Positions 6,707 to 16,400 of a DNA stretch of 40,382 nucleotides are shown in pieces (the first letter of the stretch is position 1; every line of letters starts with the position of its first letter). The position numbers were made by a program, and so were the translations under genes. This stretch comes from a virus. Lineage: Duplodnaviria; Caudoviricetes. Location: positions 1 to 40,382 of the IMG/VR virus record IMGVR_UViG_3300030708_000335. One strand, 5' to 3'. The notes beneath the pieces are model-generated. The model did no database searches. It saw only the letters and a program-made list of their open reading frames with translations, and had not been told where the DNA came from.

Positions 6707-6898
6707 GTGCCAATCAAGATCACTAAGAAGGAGAAGTACAAGGACGGTAAGAGACTCCGTTCCTATCGACTATCAGATGCAACAGTCGAAAGGCTGGATG
6801 AACTAGCTAAGTCTACGGGTAAGTCCAAGACTGAGGTAGTTGAAGAACTCATTCATCTCGCGGAGGTAGACGATGAACTCGAAACAGAAGGGAGCTAG
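6707..6898 (+). CDS. Ribbon-helix-helix (CopG/Arc-like) regulator, probably leaderless
   Basis: RSYRLSDATVERLDELAKSTGKSKTEVVEELI. In-frame GTG at 6707 lies 7 nt after the -10 box. Confidence 0.85.
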   Translation: MPIKITKKEKYKDGKRLRSYRLSDATVERLDELAKSTGKSKTEVVEELIHLAEVDDELETEGS

Positions 6899-7214
6899 AG
6901 GCGAGAGGCTATGGCGTGATGTCATACGCTCTCATGGATTCGATGCAATCCGAGGGTGTCAGAACGCTGGCCGTTTCGCAGGAGGGCAGGAGGCTCCCGA
7001 TGTAATAACGAACCTGCCTTTCCACTTTGAAGTTAAGTTCGTAGAGAAACTCAATGTGTCTAACGCAATGGCTCAGGCTAAGAATGATTGTGATGGCAAG
7101 CCACCGTTAGTAGCACACAAGAAATCTAGAGAGAACTGGTTGGTTACAATGGAGTCCGACCTTTTCTTTCAACTAGTACGGGGCGAAATCCCCATTAACC
7201 AAAAAGGAAAATAA
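6873..7214 (+). CDS. Hjc-like Holliday junction resolvase (PD-(D/E)XK)
   Basis: MNSKQKGARGER...APDV...FEVK. Confidence 0.85.
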   Translation: MNSKQKGARGERLWRDVIRSHGFDAIRGCQNAGRFAGGQEAPDVITNLPFHFEVKFVEKLNVSNAMAQAKNDCDGKPPLVAHKKSRENWLVTMESDLFFQLVRGEIPINQKGK

Positions 7215-7216
7215 GT

Positions 7217-7786
7217 ATGAGCGAAGAGAACCAAGAGAGTGTTCCCGTTACTGCGGAACAGCAAGTAGATGCACTGAACAAGGTCGTTGAGGAGATGGCC
7301 GAACACATGGAAGAACTGCAAGCCAAGCTGAAGAGCAAGGAAGATTGGTCAATATCAAGCCCTAGCATTAAGGGTGTGGCGTTGGCCTTATCGAAAGCGC
7401 AGCCGGAATGGGCTGATGGTGTTGTGGAGACAGGCAGGAACCCGCACTTCAAGAGACCGGACGGTACTCCTAGCACGTTTCAGCAGCTTGGTGATTTAGT
7501 TGCCAAGGCTGGGCCTATCCTAGCTAAGAACGGGCTGGCAGTAACCCAAAAGACAGTACCCAAGGAGACGAGTGCTGGTGTTAGAATGTTCCTAGTCACA
7601 ACAATATTGCATGGGGCAACTGACACTTGGCTTAGGGGCTACTGGCCTATGTCACCTGAGAGAAAAGGGCAACAGGCACTAGCCAGTGAGCACACATACT
7701 CAAAGCGTCAAGGCTATGGCGGTATGCTAGTTATACCACCTGCCGAAGATGACGATGGTGAAGCTTCAGAAGGGAGAGGTAAGTAA
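7217..7786 (+). CDS. erf: ERF-family single-strand annealing protein
   Basis: ALALSKAQ..NPHFK..PILAKNGLAVTQ and C-terminal SEHTYSKRQ..EDDDGE. Confidence 0.85.
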   Translation: MSEENQESVPVTAEQQVDALNKVVEEMAEHMEELQAKLKSKEDWSISSPSIKGVALALSKAQPEWADGVVETGRNPHFKRPDGTPSTFQQLGDLVAKAGPILAKNGLAVTQKTVPKETSAGVRMFLVTTILHGATDTWLRGYWPMSPERKGQQALASEHTYSKRQGYGGMLVIPPAEDDDGEASEGRGK

Positions 7787-7965
7787 TGGCTAAGGACGCG
7801 TCCTCCAACCCAGAACACGGGGGGCGCGTCCCTACCATACGAGAATGCGAAGAGTTTAATCGTGCCTTTAACAAGTGGTACAAGAAACGATTCGGAGGAA
7901 CTTATGGGTATAACAAGCACAAAAACACTAATCCCAGAAAATCTGGAAAAGAAAACAGCCCCTAG
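7786..7965 (+). CDS. Possible small basic protein (59 aa; not in the ORF track)
   Basis: TAATG coupling to erf; MAKDASS...FNRAFNKWYKKRFGG. Contains a 13-bp hairpin (7794-7831) and overlaps the next ORF. Confidence 0.45.
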   Translation: MAKDASSNPEHGGRVPTIRECEEFNRAFNKWYKKRFGGTYGYNKHKNTNPRKSGKENSP

Positions 7966-8113
7966 TCGGCATCACGAAACCCTATCACCATCCTCATTCC
8001 CCGCCCTTGAGGCTTGTCCTTGCTACAAGTCTAGAGAAGGAGGGAGTAGTGCGGCTGCTGATAGAGGGAACGAACTACACGAACAACTAAGCGAGCTACT
8101 ACAAAATGAGTAA
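7904..8113 (+). CDS. N-terminal part of a PD-(D/E)XK (Cas4/DUF2800-like) exonuclease
   Basis: GGAGG RBS. LSPSSFPALEACP..AADRGNELHE is the usual N-terminal motif of this family. Confidence 0.7.
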   Translation: MGITSTKTLIPENLEKKTAPSRHHETLSPSSFPALEACPCYKSREGGSSAAADRGNELHEQLSELLQNE

Positions 8114-8951
8114 GACTTACGAGAAAGAAATTGTAGAGGCTGCTGAATACATCAAGCGTGTGTCTGGCGATAACCCAATCGAGTCAGAGATAGAGGTCAA
8201 GCTGATGCGTGATGGTGAAGAGGTAACATTCGGAACCTATGACGCATATAGTAAAGGACATCTGTTCGACTTAAAGACAGGTCAGATGGAAAGGAACTAT
8301 GTACCGCAGATGGCTGTGTATGCAGCAGCTATATGTCAGCGGGATGGCATAGAACAAATAACCTGCCACCTGATCTACTCTTCTCTGGGTAAGATTGACC
8401 AGTTCACATTCAGCAGGGAGGAAGCTGAGACACTTGCGTTTCGTATTGTGGATTCAGTTAACAACCCAACCAGATCGCCTAACCCATGTGACTACTGTAA
8501 CTGGTGTCACCACACTGAGTATTGCACCGCACTCAGGTCTACTGCAATGACGGTAGCCGAGAAGCAAGGGCTGATACTCAAGGAGAAGGTCGATGCAATA
8601 ACGGACGGCAAGACAATGGGCGTGTTTAGTGACGTTGCTCAGGTCTGCGGTTCGTTCATTGAAATGGTTAAGAAGAAAAGAGATGAGTTCGACGAGGTAG
8701 ATGGATGGTCAAAGTCTACCCGCAAGGGAACCAAGAAGATAACAGATATAACCGGAGCACTGATTCAGTCAGGACTGCCAGCCGATGTATTTGTTAACGC
8801 CTGTACCGTGTCGTACTCAAAGCTTAGGAAACAATTTGCTGAACACAAAGGAGTCAGCGAACAAGAAGCAGATAGGGAATTGTCCACCCTTATCTCTTCC
8901 GTAATAAAAGAAGGACACCCAGTTAAATACTGGAGAAAGGATAAAGCATAA
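8106..8951 (+). CDS. PD-(D/E)XK (Cas4/RecB-like) exonuclease, catalytic part
   Basis: E..GTYD..FDLKTG..QMAVYA and Cys cluster PCDYCNWC..YC. Confidence 0.85.
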   Translation: MSKTYEKEIVEAAEYIKRVSGDNPIESEIEVKLMRDGEEVTFGTYDAYSKGHLFDLKTGQMERNYVPQMAVYAAAICQRDGIEQITCHLIYSSLGKIDQFTFSREEAETLAFRIVDSVNNPTRSPNPCDYCNWCHHTEYCTALRSTAMTVAEKQGLILKEKVDAITDGKTMGVFSDVAQVCGSFIEMVKKKRDEFDEVDGWSKSTRKGTKKITDITGALIQSGLPADVFVNACTVSYSKLRKQFAEHKGVSEQEADRELSTLISSVIKEGHPVKYWRKDKA

Positions 8952-8955
8952 TATT

Positions 8956-9228
8956 ATGCCACAAGAAAAACTAGGTAACGGAGTTCTGATGAAGAACGGT
9001 TACAAAGAAGAGGGTGATAACAAGCCAGAATACACTGGGCCTTGCACGTTGATGGTTAACGGTATGGAGCAGGAGGCGGAGATTGCCGCTTGGCTCAAGA
9101 CTGCATCGAAAGATACGGCACGGCTCAAGACAGGTGACAAATACTTCAGCTTCCAGATTAGCGAGAAGTTCAAGAAGGACATTGCTCCACAAGGCAACGC
9201 TCCTGACGACGATCAACCTCCATTCTAG
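8956..9228 (+). CDS. Putative ssDNA-binding protein (DUF736-like)
   Basis: KPEYTG..IAAW..KYFSFQ and an SSB-type acidic tail DDDQPPF. Confidence 0.7.
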   Translation: MPQEKLGNGVLMKNGYKEEGDNKPEYTGPCTLMVNGMEQEAEIAAWLKTASKDTARLKTGDKYFSFQISEKFKKDIAPQGNAPDDDQPPF

Positions 9229-9234
9229 TACGTT

Positions 9235-9666
9235 ATGAGCGAGAGAGCATCATACGCCTCTAGGAAATGGGGCAAGGTCGGGGCGTTAGAGAACCCTGAC
9301 AAACATCAAGCTGCTGTTCTTGACAGAGCAATAGCTGCGGTATCAATAGCAAGCGGCATATCTCCAGCCAGAATTGTCAACAAAGACAAGAGGCCGGAAG
9401 CGTGTGACGCACGGTTTATTGTTTATCATATCTGCATGAACGCAAACGTGGAGTTCACTCGGAGCAGTCTGGGTAGGGCTCTAGGCAGGGATCATGGCAC
9501 TATCATCAACGGCATTGCTATTGTTGAGGAGAGGCTTGACCCAAATGAGAGAGCGTTTGCTGAGTTCCGAATGCTGTACGGAAGGACAATGAAGGAATAC
9601 GAGAAACTAAAACATGAGAAAGACCCCAAACGTATGGTACAGGAACTCTGTGTACATGATGGATGA
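9235..9666 (+). CDS. DnaA domain IV (Bac_DnaA_C)-like HTH protein
   Basis: ARFIVYHIC..SLGRALGRDHGTIING resembles the DnaA signature PRQ.AM..IG..FGGRDHTTVLHA. No AAA+ domain. Confidence 0.85.
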   Translation: MSERASYASRKWGKVGALENPDKHQAAVLDRAIAAVSIASGISPARIVNKDKRPEACDARFIVYHICMNANVEFTRSSLGRALGRDHGTIINGIAIVEERLDPNERAFAEFRMLYGRTMKEYEKLKHEKDPKRMVQELCVHDG

Positions 9667-10429
9667 CAAGGAAATGATCTACCTCCAGAAGCGTGACTGT
9701 GCTGGTTGCGCTGTATGGGAGTGGGTCAAGTCCGACTGCTGGAAACGCACCAGACCTGATCTTAGGGAGCTATCCGATATAGAGAAGGAAGGTGTGGCTG
9801 AAGCCCTAGGTATGTTTACCGAAGAGGGCATCGGAGACTCGGCCAGATTCGACAGGATCATTGAACTGTTTAAGAAACTTAAATGGGTTAACGATGCTGG
9901 AGAAATCAAGGGCTGGGAGAAATGGCAGTCAGTCAATACCAAGGTAGAGGACGCAGCAAGAAAGCGTGTGGAATACTGGGAGAAACGTACCGAAGAGTAC
10001 GAGACGCCAGAGTTACCACCACCACTCGACACCGATGAGTTCAAGATGGCATGGGAAGAGTATGAGAAGTACCGCAGACAGATAGGTGCTAAGAAACTCA
10101 AGCCTATGTCAGTCAGCAAACTCTGGGCCGAGATGGTTAACTGGGGTGGCGAAGCCGCTGGTATTGCCGCATTGCAACAGACGATAGCTAAGGGCTGGCA
10201 GGGTGTGTTCCCTCCTAAGCAAGCTGGTCAATCGTCTGGCGGCGCACCACGCGAAACATCCTACGCTGGAAAGCTGTGGGCTCTAGAGCAACATAGAAAA
10301 ACTCTGTCCGATCAACTCAACCAACTCAAAGAATGGGGTGGGCCTGAAAAGAGAGAGGAGAGAGTAGAACTAGGCAAGAAGATCAAGGATATCAATAAGA
10401 AGATACGCGACCTTGAACCAGAAGCCTAG
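9614..10429 (+). CDS. Putative replication initiator / replisome organiser
   Basis: N-terminal winged-helix-like region ending IKGWEKWQ..AARKR, and a C-terminal AWEEYEKYRR..QTIAKGWQGVF domain typical of phage Rep proteins. Confidence 0.7.
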   Translation: MRKTPNVWYRNSVYMMDDKEMIYLQKRDCAGCAVWEWVKSDCWKRTRPDLRELSDIEKEGVAEALGMFTEEGIGDSARFDRIIELFKKLKWVNDAGEIKGWEKWQSVNTKVEDAARKRVEYWEKRTEEYETPELPPPLDTDEFKMAWEEYEKYRRQIGAKKLKPMSVSKLWAEMVNWGGEAAGIAALQQTIAKGWQGVFPPKQAGQSSGGAPRETSYAGKLWALEQHRKTLSDQLNQLKEWGGPEKREERVELGKKIKDINKKIRDLEPEA

Positions 10430-10434
10430 GCAAC

Positions 10435-13400
10435 CTACCTGACGGGCTCGGCAGTATAGTCGTATATGTCCTCACCGCGAGATGCCATGCGTTCCATTAA
10501 CACGTTGGCAACTCCTTGGGTGATGATACGCTTACTAGCCAAGTCCGTCAGGTAGACCTTCACTTCAGCGGGAGTCTTGTTCTGCATCTGATTAAATATG
10601 ACATCCGCACGGGCGTCCACTGGCATACCCGCCAGCCTTGCTTCATCCGGCTCAAGTCCCAAAGCCATCATCCGCAGCCTCTTAATTATCATATCGTTAC
10701 GCAGCTTCTCAGAATGGTTCGTAGCAGGAGGGATGTGTCTCACCCTATCCTGTATCGTCATACCTCTAGTATCACTGAACCATCTATCAACAAACCTCCG
10801 CCGTATCACACGATCAGTAGCAGATAACTGGTCAGAGTCATCCATGATCTCCTGTAAATCACTCTCCGCAAGATAAGAACTTCTAGCCAGACGGGAAACA
10901 AGCGGAGTGGAAGCTATGGTTCTGCCAAGTGCAGGTACTCCAGCCTCGCTAGGAATGCCAACGTCCTTGTTCGGGAAGAACTGAGTGATACCACCAGCCG
11001 TTAGCGATTCCAGTAAGTGCTTAGTCCTAAGAGCACCTAACCCCGTCATCCCCCCAAGTGCCTTGTACACATCAGGTGTGCTTTCGTAATATTGCTCCTT
11101 AGCATCAGCGTCAGCAAGTGACTGCGGAACCAATGGCTTATGCCTAAAGAAGTTACGGTTGCCAATCAACTCAGCGGGAGCTTTGAGTAGCGGGTTCAAG
11201 CTAGAGCCAACACTCTCACCAGCCTTGAGCAGATCACCCTCAGTCAGTCCGGCAATGTTCACTGGCATTGTAGACTCCAGCCAGAATCCGAGAAGCTCGT
11301 TAACTGCGGCAGGGTCTTTCTCGTAAAAGAAGTCCAGCCCCTTCTCAAGAGTATAAGAGAACAATCCAAACGACTCACGGCGAGGTACACGGATGTAATC
11401 TCTAACCATCTTACCTTCAATGTAAGGATGCTCAAACATCTCATCCAACGGTATCATAAAGTACCGCTTCTTCTCTTCATCACTCACCTCATCGTAATCA
11501 TCTTTATACCTACGGTTCATAGACCAAGCCAGCATGGTAGGCATAGCGGCGAATGCGCTCACCTTCATCATCACCTTCATGGCTTCAGCCTTATCACCCT
11601 TCGGACTAAATATCTGTAGCATACGGGAGAGGTCACGCTCGACACCCTGAATCCGTGCGTTGAAGAACATGAATATAACATTCAATGCCTCCGAGTCAGT
11701 GAACTTACCCTTCCTAATAAAGTCCGGTGATCCAGCAAAGTTGCGAATCTCTACAGCAATCTGGTCGGACACTTCCTGAGCTTCTTTCTGCAAGGCTGCT
11801 AGTTTCTGCGGGTCTTTCTCGTCTTGTATCTTCTGCTCTAATACATCCAGCCCCTCAAAAATCTTCATGCGTTGCATACCCACCATCTTGGCAGTCTGCT
11901 CTAATGTCTTACCAACACTACTAGCCTTGGCATTACCCCAGAGGATTGCGTTAGATACAGGGTTACGCCTAGCATTATTGCCACGAGCCAGCGGGTCTTT
12001 AATCTGCGTAGCCTTGTCGAAATACTCAGCTATCGTAGAGCCAGCAGCACCACTGTTAACGAACTCAGAGTAGAGTGTTTCAAGCTGGTCAATCTGATTG
12101 GGTGCATACTCACGGACTAGATTCTTTACTGAGTTAGGTGTCAGGTTAGCCCAAGACGAAGCCATCATTGCCTTGAGGTACTGCATACCTAGGACGATTG
12201 GACTCAACCCTTTGTCCTTAGCTCGCAGCCCAGCACGGGATGTAGTCAGTAGACGGATCGGGTCAAACATCAAGAAGTTACCTGCTTGGAAGAATAAGTT
12301 CATCCCCGTAGCACCAAGCTTAAAGATGTCGCCAGCGAGCTTAGTGGTCATGTATGTGGTGGATGTGCTTACCGGATCAAAGCTATTAAGTAGTCGAGCC
12401 ACATCATCATCCATTACCATGTAGCGCACGTTCCCCCTGTCGTAGAACTTAACAGAGTCTAGGTCTGCGCTTGTGTACTGCTCGTTTGAAATCGTTATGA
12501 AGTTACCATCAGGATCAAAGTCATCCTTAAAGTCCTTCATCTTCAGGAGCATTTGATTGCGGTCAATCCGTAGCTGCGTGTTGTATAGCTTGTACTCAGC
12601 AGCATCCATAGGACGGAGTATTCCCCAATCCTCATCCTGAATACCTTTGATATAAGAACCGAACGTATCCTCTGGGTTGCGGTTAAAGTATTTAAGTACA
12701 AAGAACGGGGCATAGAAGGACGAACTGTTAACCATGTCCGTGTACGCACGGCTAGTGATAAGCCCTGAATTGTACATATCGAACAGGGCAGACTGAAAGT
12801 GTGAGTGATACAACTCGGCAGCCTCGACAAACTTACCTTCAAACAAAGGCCCGTCCACGTTGTACATTATGTTGCCGTCAGCGTTGCGTTGGTAGCGCAG
12901 TATCTCTGGGTCATTGATCTCTTCCATCAACGCTTCAACACCCTTAACAAGAGTAGGCACATCAGACCTATCCTTGAAGTCACCGACTCTCTTGGTCTTA
13001 TCAACTAACGCAATAAACTCGTGCTTAATATCCTCGGTAGTTCTACCAGCAGCAAGCTCCTCTTCCGGTACTACAAAGTTACCCTCAAGGTCTATGTAAC
13101 CATTAAGAGTTTCAAGGCGAGCCAAGTCCTCTTCTGCTAATGGATTCTTTAGGCGATCCTGAATACGCAGGTTAGTGATGTACTCGTTGAACTTCTGCAA
13201 CTGCTCAGGGTCTTTTCCTAACAGTGCTTGCATATCCTCTCGGAACTTACTCACCCGAAGGTCAGCCTTAACCGGACTGCCAGCTTGAAGTTCGTGCATC
13301 TCAGCCAAGGTCACGCGAGTCTTACCAGCTATGTTGTTGCGCTCCATTATCATGTCTTGGAACACATTAAGTATCTGAGACTTGGTTACTAGCTGCTCCT

Positions 13401-16400
13401 TGAACTTATCCCACAAGCTCATCTCGGATCGAACCATACCTTCCTTGCGCTCGATAGGTTCTATGCTGCGGCGTATCTTATCCTTAGCTAACTCACCCTC
13501 TGTTTTCTCTGGAATAGGCTCGGCAAACGATCCGGTTATCTCTATGTCCGAGTCATCGAATATGACGTAGTTAATTTCACCCGCCGCAGAAAATTTATTA
13601 CCACGAATGCCGTGCTTTAGGAGCATAAGAGATGCGGCTTTGTCGGGCCTAGTTTGAAAATCTCCCTCCCTACGCATTTTCGTTGCCAACATCTCCTCGA
13701 TTGTTCTGTATATCTGAGCACCGCTATTTAAGTTAACTGGAAGTAACTCGCCTAGGTCGTTCTCTATTTTCTCTAAAGATTGTTGAACCTTTTTAGTTTG
13801 ATTTAGAAGTGACTCGTCCCATAGCAAGTATTCATCGTCTAATGGGGCTAGTTCAACCTTGTACCCTCTGCCTCCTTCCTCCTTAAAGGTGGCGGCAATA
13901 TCTTCTTTTGAAGAGGAATAAATCCCCCATCCGTATGAAGCTCCACGCGCACCTGTACCTATGTAGTCGGTACTAAGCTTATCAATTTTCTCTGACCTTG
14001 GTGAGCCGTGGAATGCAGCAGCGAAGGGTGTCTCCGCAAACTCAGATAGGCTGGCCTCTTCTTTTATTCCCTTCTTAACAGCATCAAAGAACTCCTTAGT
14101 CCTAGTGTCTGGCGGGATGTAGCTGTAGTGCTTATCGTCGCTGTGGATGCGAACGCCTGACCGTGGGTTGTTGGCTATCCAAACGTGCTCATCATACTTG
14201 CCTGTATCGTAGTGCTTAATGGTAACAATTCTGTCACCGCCTCCACTCATAAGGGCATTGTAAACTCCAAACCTTCCACCTGTTCGGCTGGTCATCACCT
14301 CTTTCTGGTGCATCAGGTTGAACGCCATCTCACGAACCTCTTGAAGAATGTTGTCGTGGCTCTTGTTCAGTCCGAGAAGTTTCTTAATGGCGTCAAGCAC
14401 CTGATCGAAAAAGTCAGTGAACTTGTTAGTCTTTTCAGTCGGGGCAATAGTTCTGAGCAGCGATTCAAATGCTGGGTCAAACAGTGCGTGGGCTATCATC
14501 TCGTGCTCATTAAGCAACGGATAACCTGACTTCATACCGACAGCCTCATACCCTCCACGCTTCTTAACTTCCGCTCTGATCTTCTCAAGCATCTTAGTCA
14601 GGCGTTTCTTCATGCCCTTATTGGAGTCCAGCAAGAGAGCACCGGATGTAAGGGAGTGGAAGTATTCCTCAAGCAAGACCTTGAATGCCGTGAATGGAGA
14701 GTTACGCAACCTGTTAGGGTCTATAACAATCTGGTCAAAGACTGTGTTGTAAAATGCTGGAGGGGCTGCGCCATCACTACTGTTAAGCTCTACTAAAATA
14801 ACCTTAGTGTTCAGTGCTGCCTTAGCACCAGCGAGCTTCAGGAAGGGCAGGAACTTATCAGCAAAAGCCATCTCCTCTGGGTTAAGCTGAGAGTAAATAT
14901 GGTCAAAGGCTTCAGAGAATGAACCACTAAGCTTGTCCTCCTTGAAGAACCTAACGCCTTGGTTGAACAGGTCAGGCTCAGTTCCTCTTACTGTCTCCGC
15001 AAACTGCGCGTCCCTCGACGCATCCATGAACTGCTTCTGGTTTCCTATTGCGGAGTACAGGGTGGCTTGGTTAAATGACTGAGTTACCTTTCGTTGCAGC
15101 AGATTAAGCTTCTCTCTCAGGTAGTAGTTAGTGTACATCCCAGCTTTTGCGCTGCCGTAAATTGGCTTCGTGGCCTTTTCCCCACCGAACCCAGCGTGCT
15201 CTTTCTGGGTGGCAACTCTCATACCACCGCGCCGACTGTTCTTGACGTAATACTGAGTCTTAGTTTGCTTTGGTGCTCCAGAGAGTTCTTGAAAGTTCTG
15301 TAGTTCCCTGCTCTGGTTTACTGATTTGTAAATCTCAGCTATCCCAGCACGAATGCCATCGTAGTCTACGTTCCTAGTGCTACCAGACATAGCCTCTTCT
15401 GCGGCTCTCACCTTAACCCCAAGATCAAACAGTGCGTTGCTGACTATTTTGCGACGGCTCTCAAGTTCTGCAATATGCTCCTTAGCTTTCCGCCTTACAG
15501 TTCTCTCGCCAAGCTTAACATCAATTTCAATGTTGGCGTTCTTCGGCAGTATGTTCTCTCTTGCAAGAATCTCGTAGACACCTTCGACTACTGAGTGGTG
15601 AGTAATAACAGTGTCGGGAGTTAGCGATGGATTGCTCTGAATCTCCGAATCACTGTACAGGTCAGAAGCTTTAATCTGCGTGGCGTAGCTGTTGTACCTA
15701 GTGATGTACTGTACGAGCTTGTTACCTGATATGTCATCTATCCTCTTGTCTAACCTACGCAGTTCGCTGCTAAGACTCTCGCGCTCCCTGATAAGCTTCT
15801 TATACTCCGGCTTCTTTGAGTTCTCTCGCTCTATGGACTTGGCTAGGGCTGGCATTAAAACTTCCCTGAACAGTCTGCGGGAGAGCCCAGTGGAAGATAT
15901 GTCCTCAACTGGTGATTTAGTTTCTATCCCTAGCTCAAAGTCTATCAATGAATTAAACTGGGCTATGAACTCAGTAAGGTCATCTCTCGCCTTCTCCATT
16001 CTAGCGACTTCGGCAGGAGTGCGATTACTCTCATCTATCTGCCTGTTAAGGTCGGGGTTAGTGCTTATGATGTCATCCGCCGCCCTTGAGGCTTCTGGTA
16101 AATACGACTCCCCTAGTTCTGTGTATATTGATTCAGCGTCCTCAAATCTCTGAAGCTCTCTCTCTTGTCGTACGGTTAATGTTCCCTCTGGCCGTGTGGC
16201 TAACTCCCATCCTGCACCACCCAAAGCAACCTTTTTCTTGGATGTGAGAATCTGGCTTCCCATAACCTCTTTCTCTTTGCGAGCACGCCTTGATAGATCG
16301 CGGAAAGCATTGTGCATTACGGTGAACCCACTGAATTCTTTATACAGACCCTTTTTAGCTAAATCTGGTTCAACTCCACGGGCGGCTGCTCTTGCTTTCT

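Noticed and set aside
8106-8951. CRISPR-associated Cas4
   Set aside because: No cas1/cas2 or array. The ERF and SSB neighbours indicate a recombination exonuclease.
10420-10445. Bidirectional terminator where the two arms converge
   Set aside because: Only a 4-bp TAGG/CCTA stem with no U-tracts.
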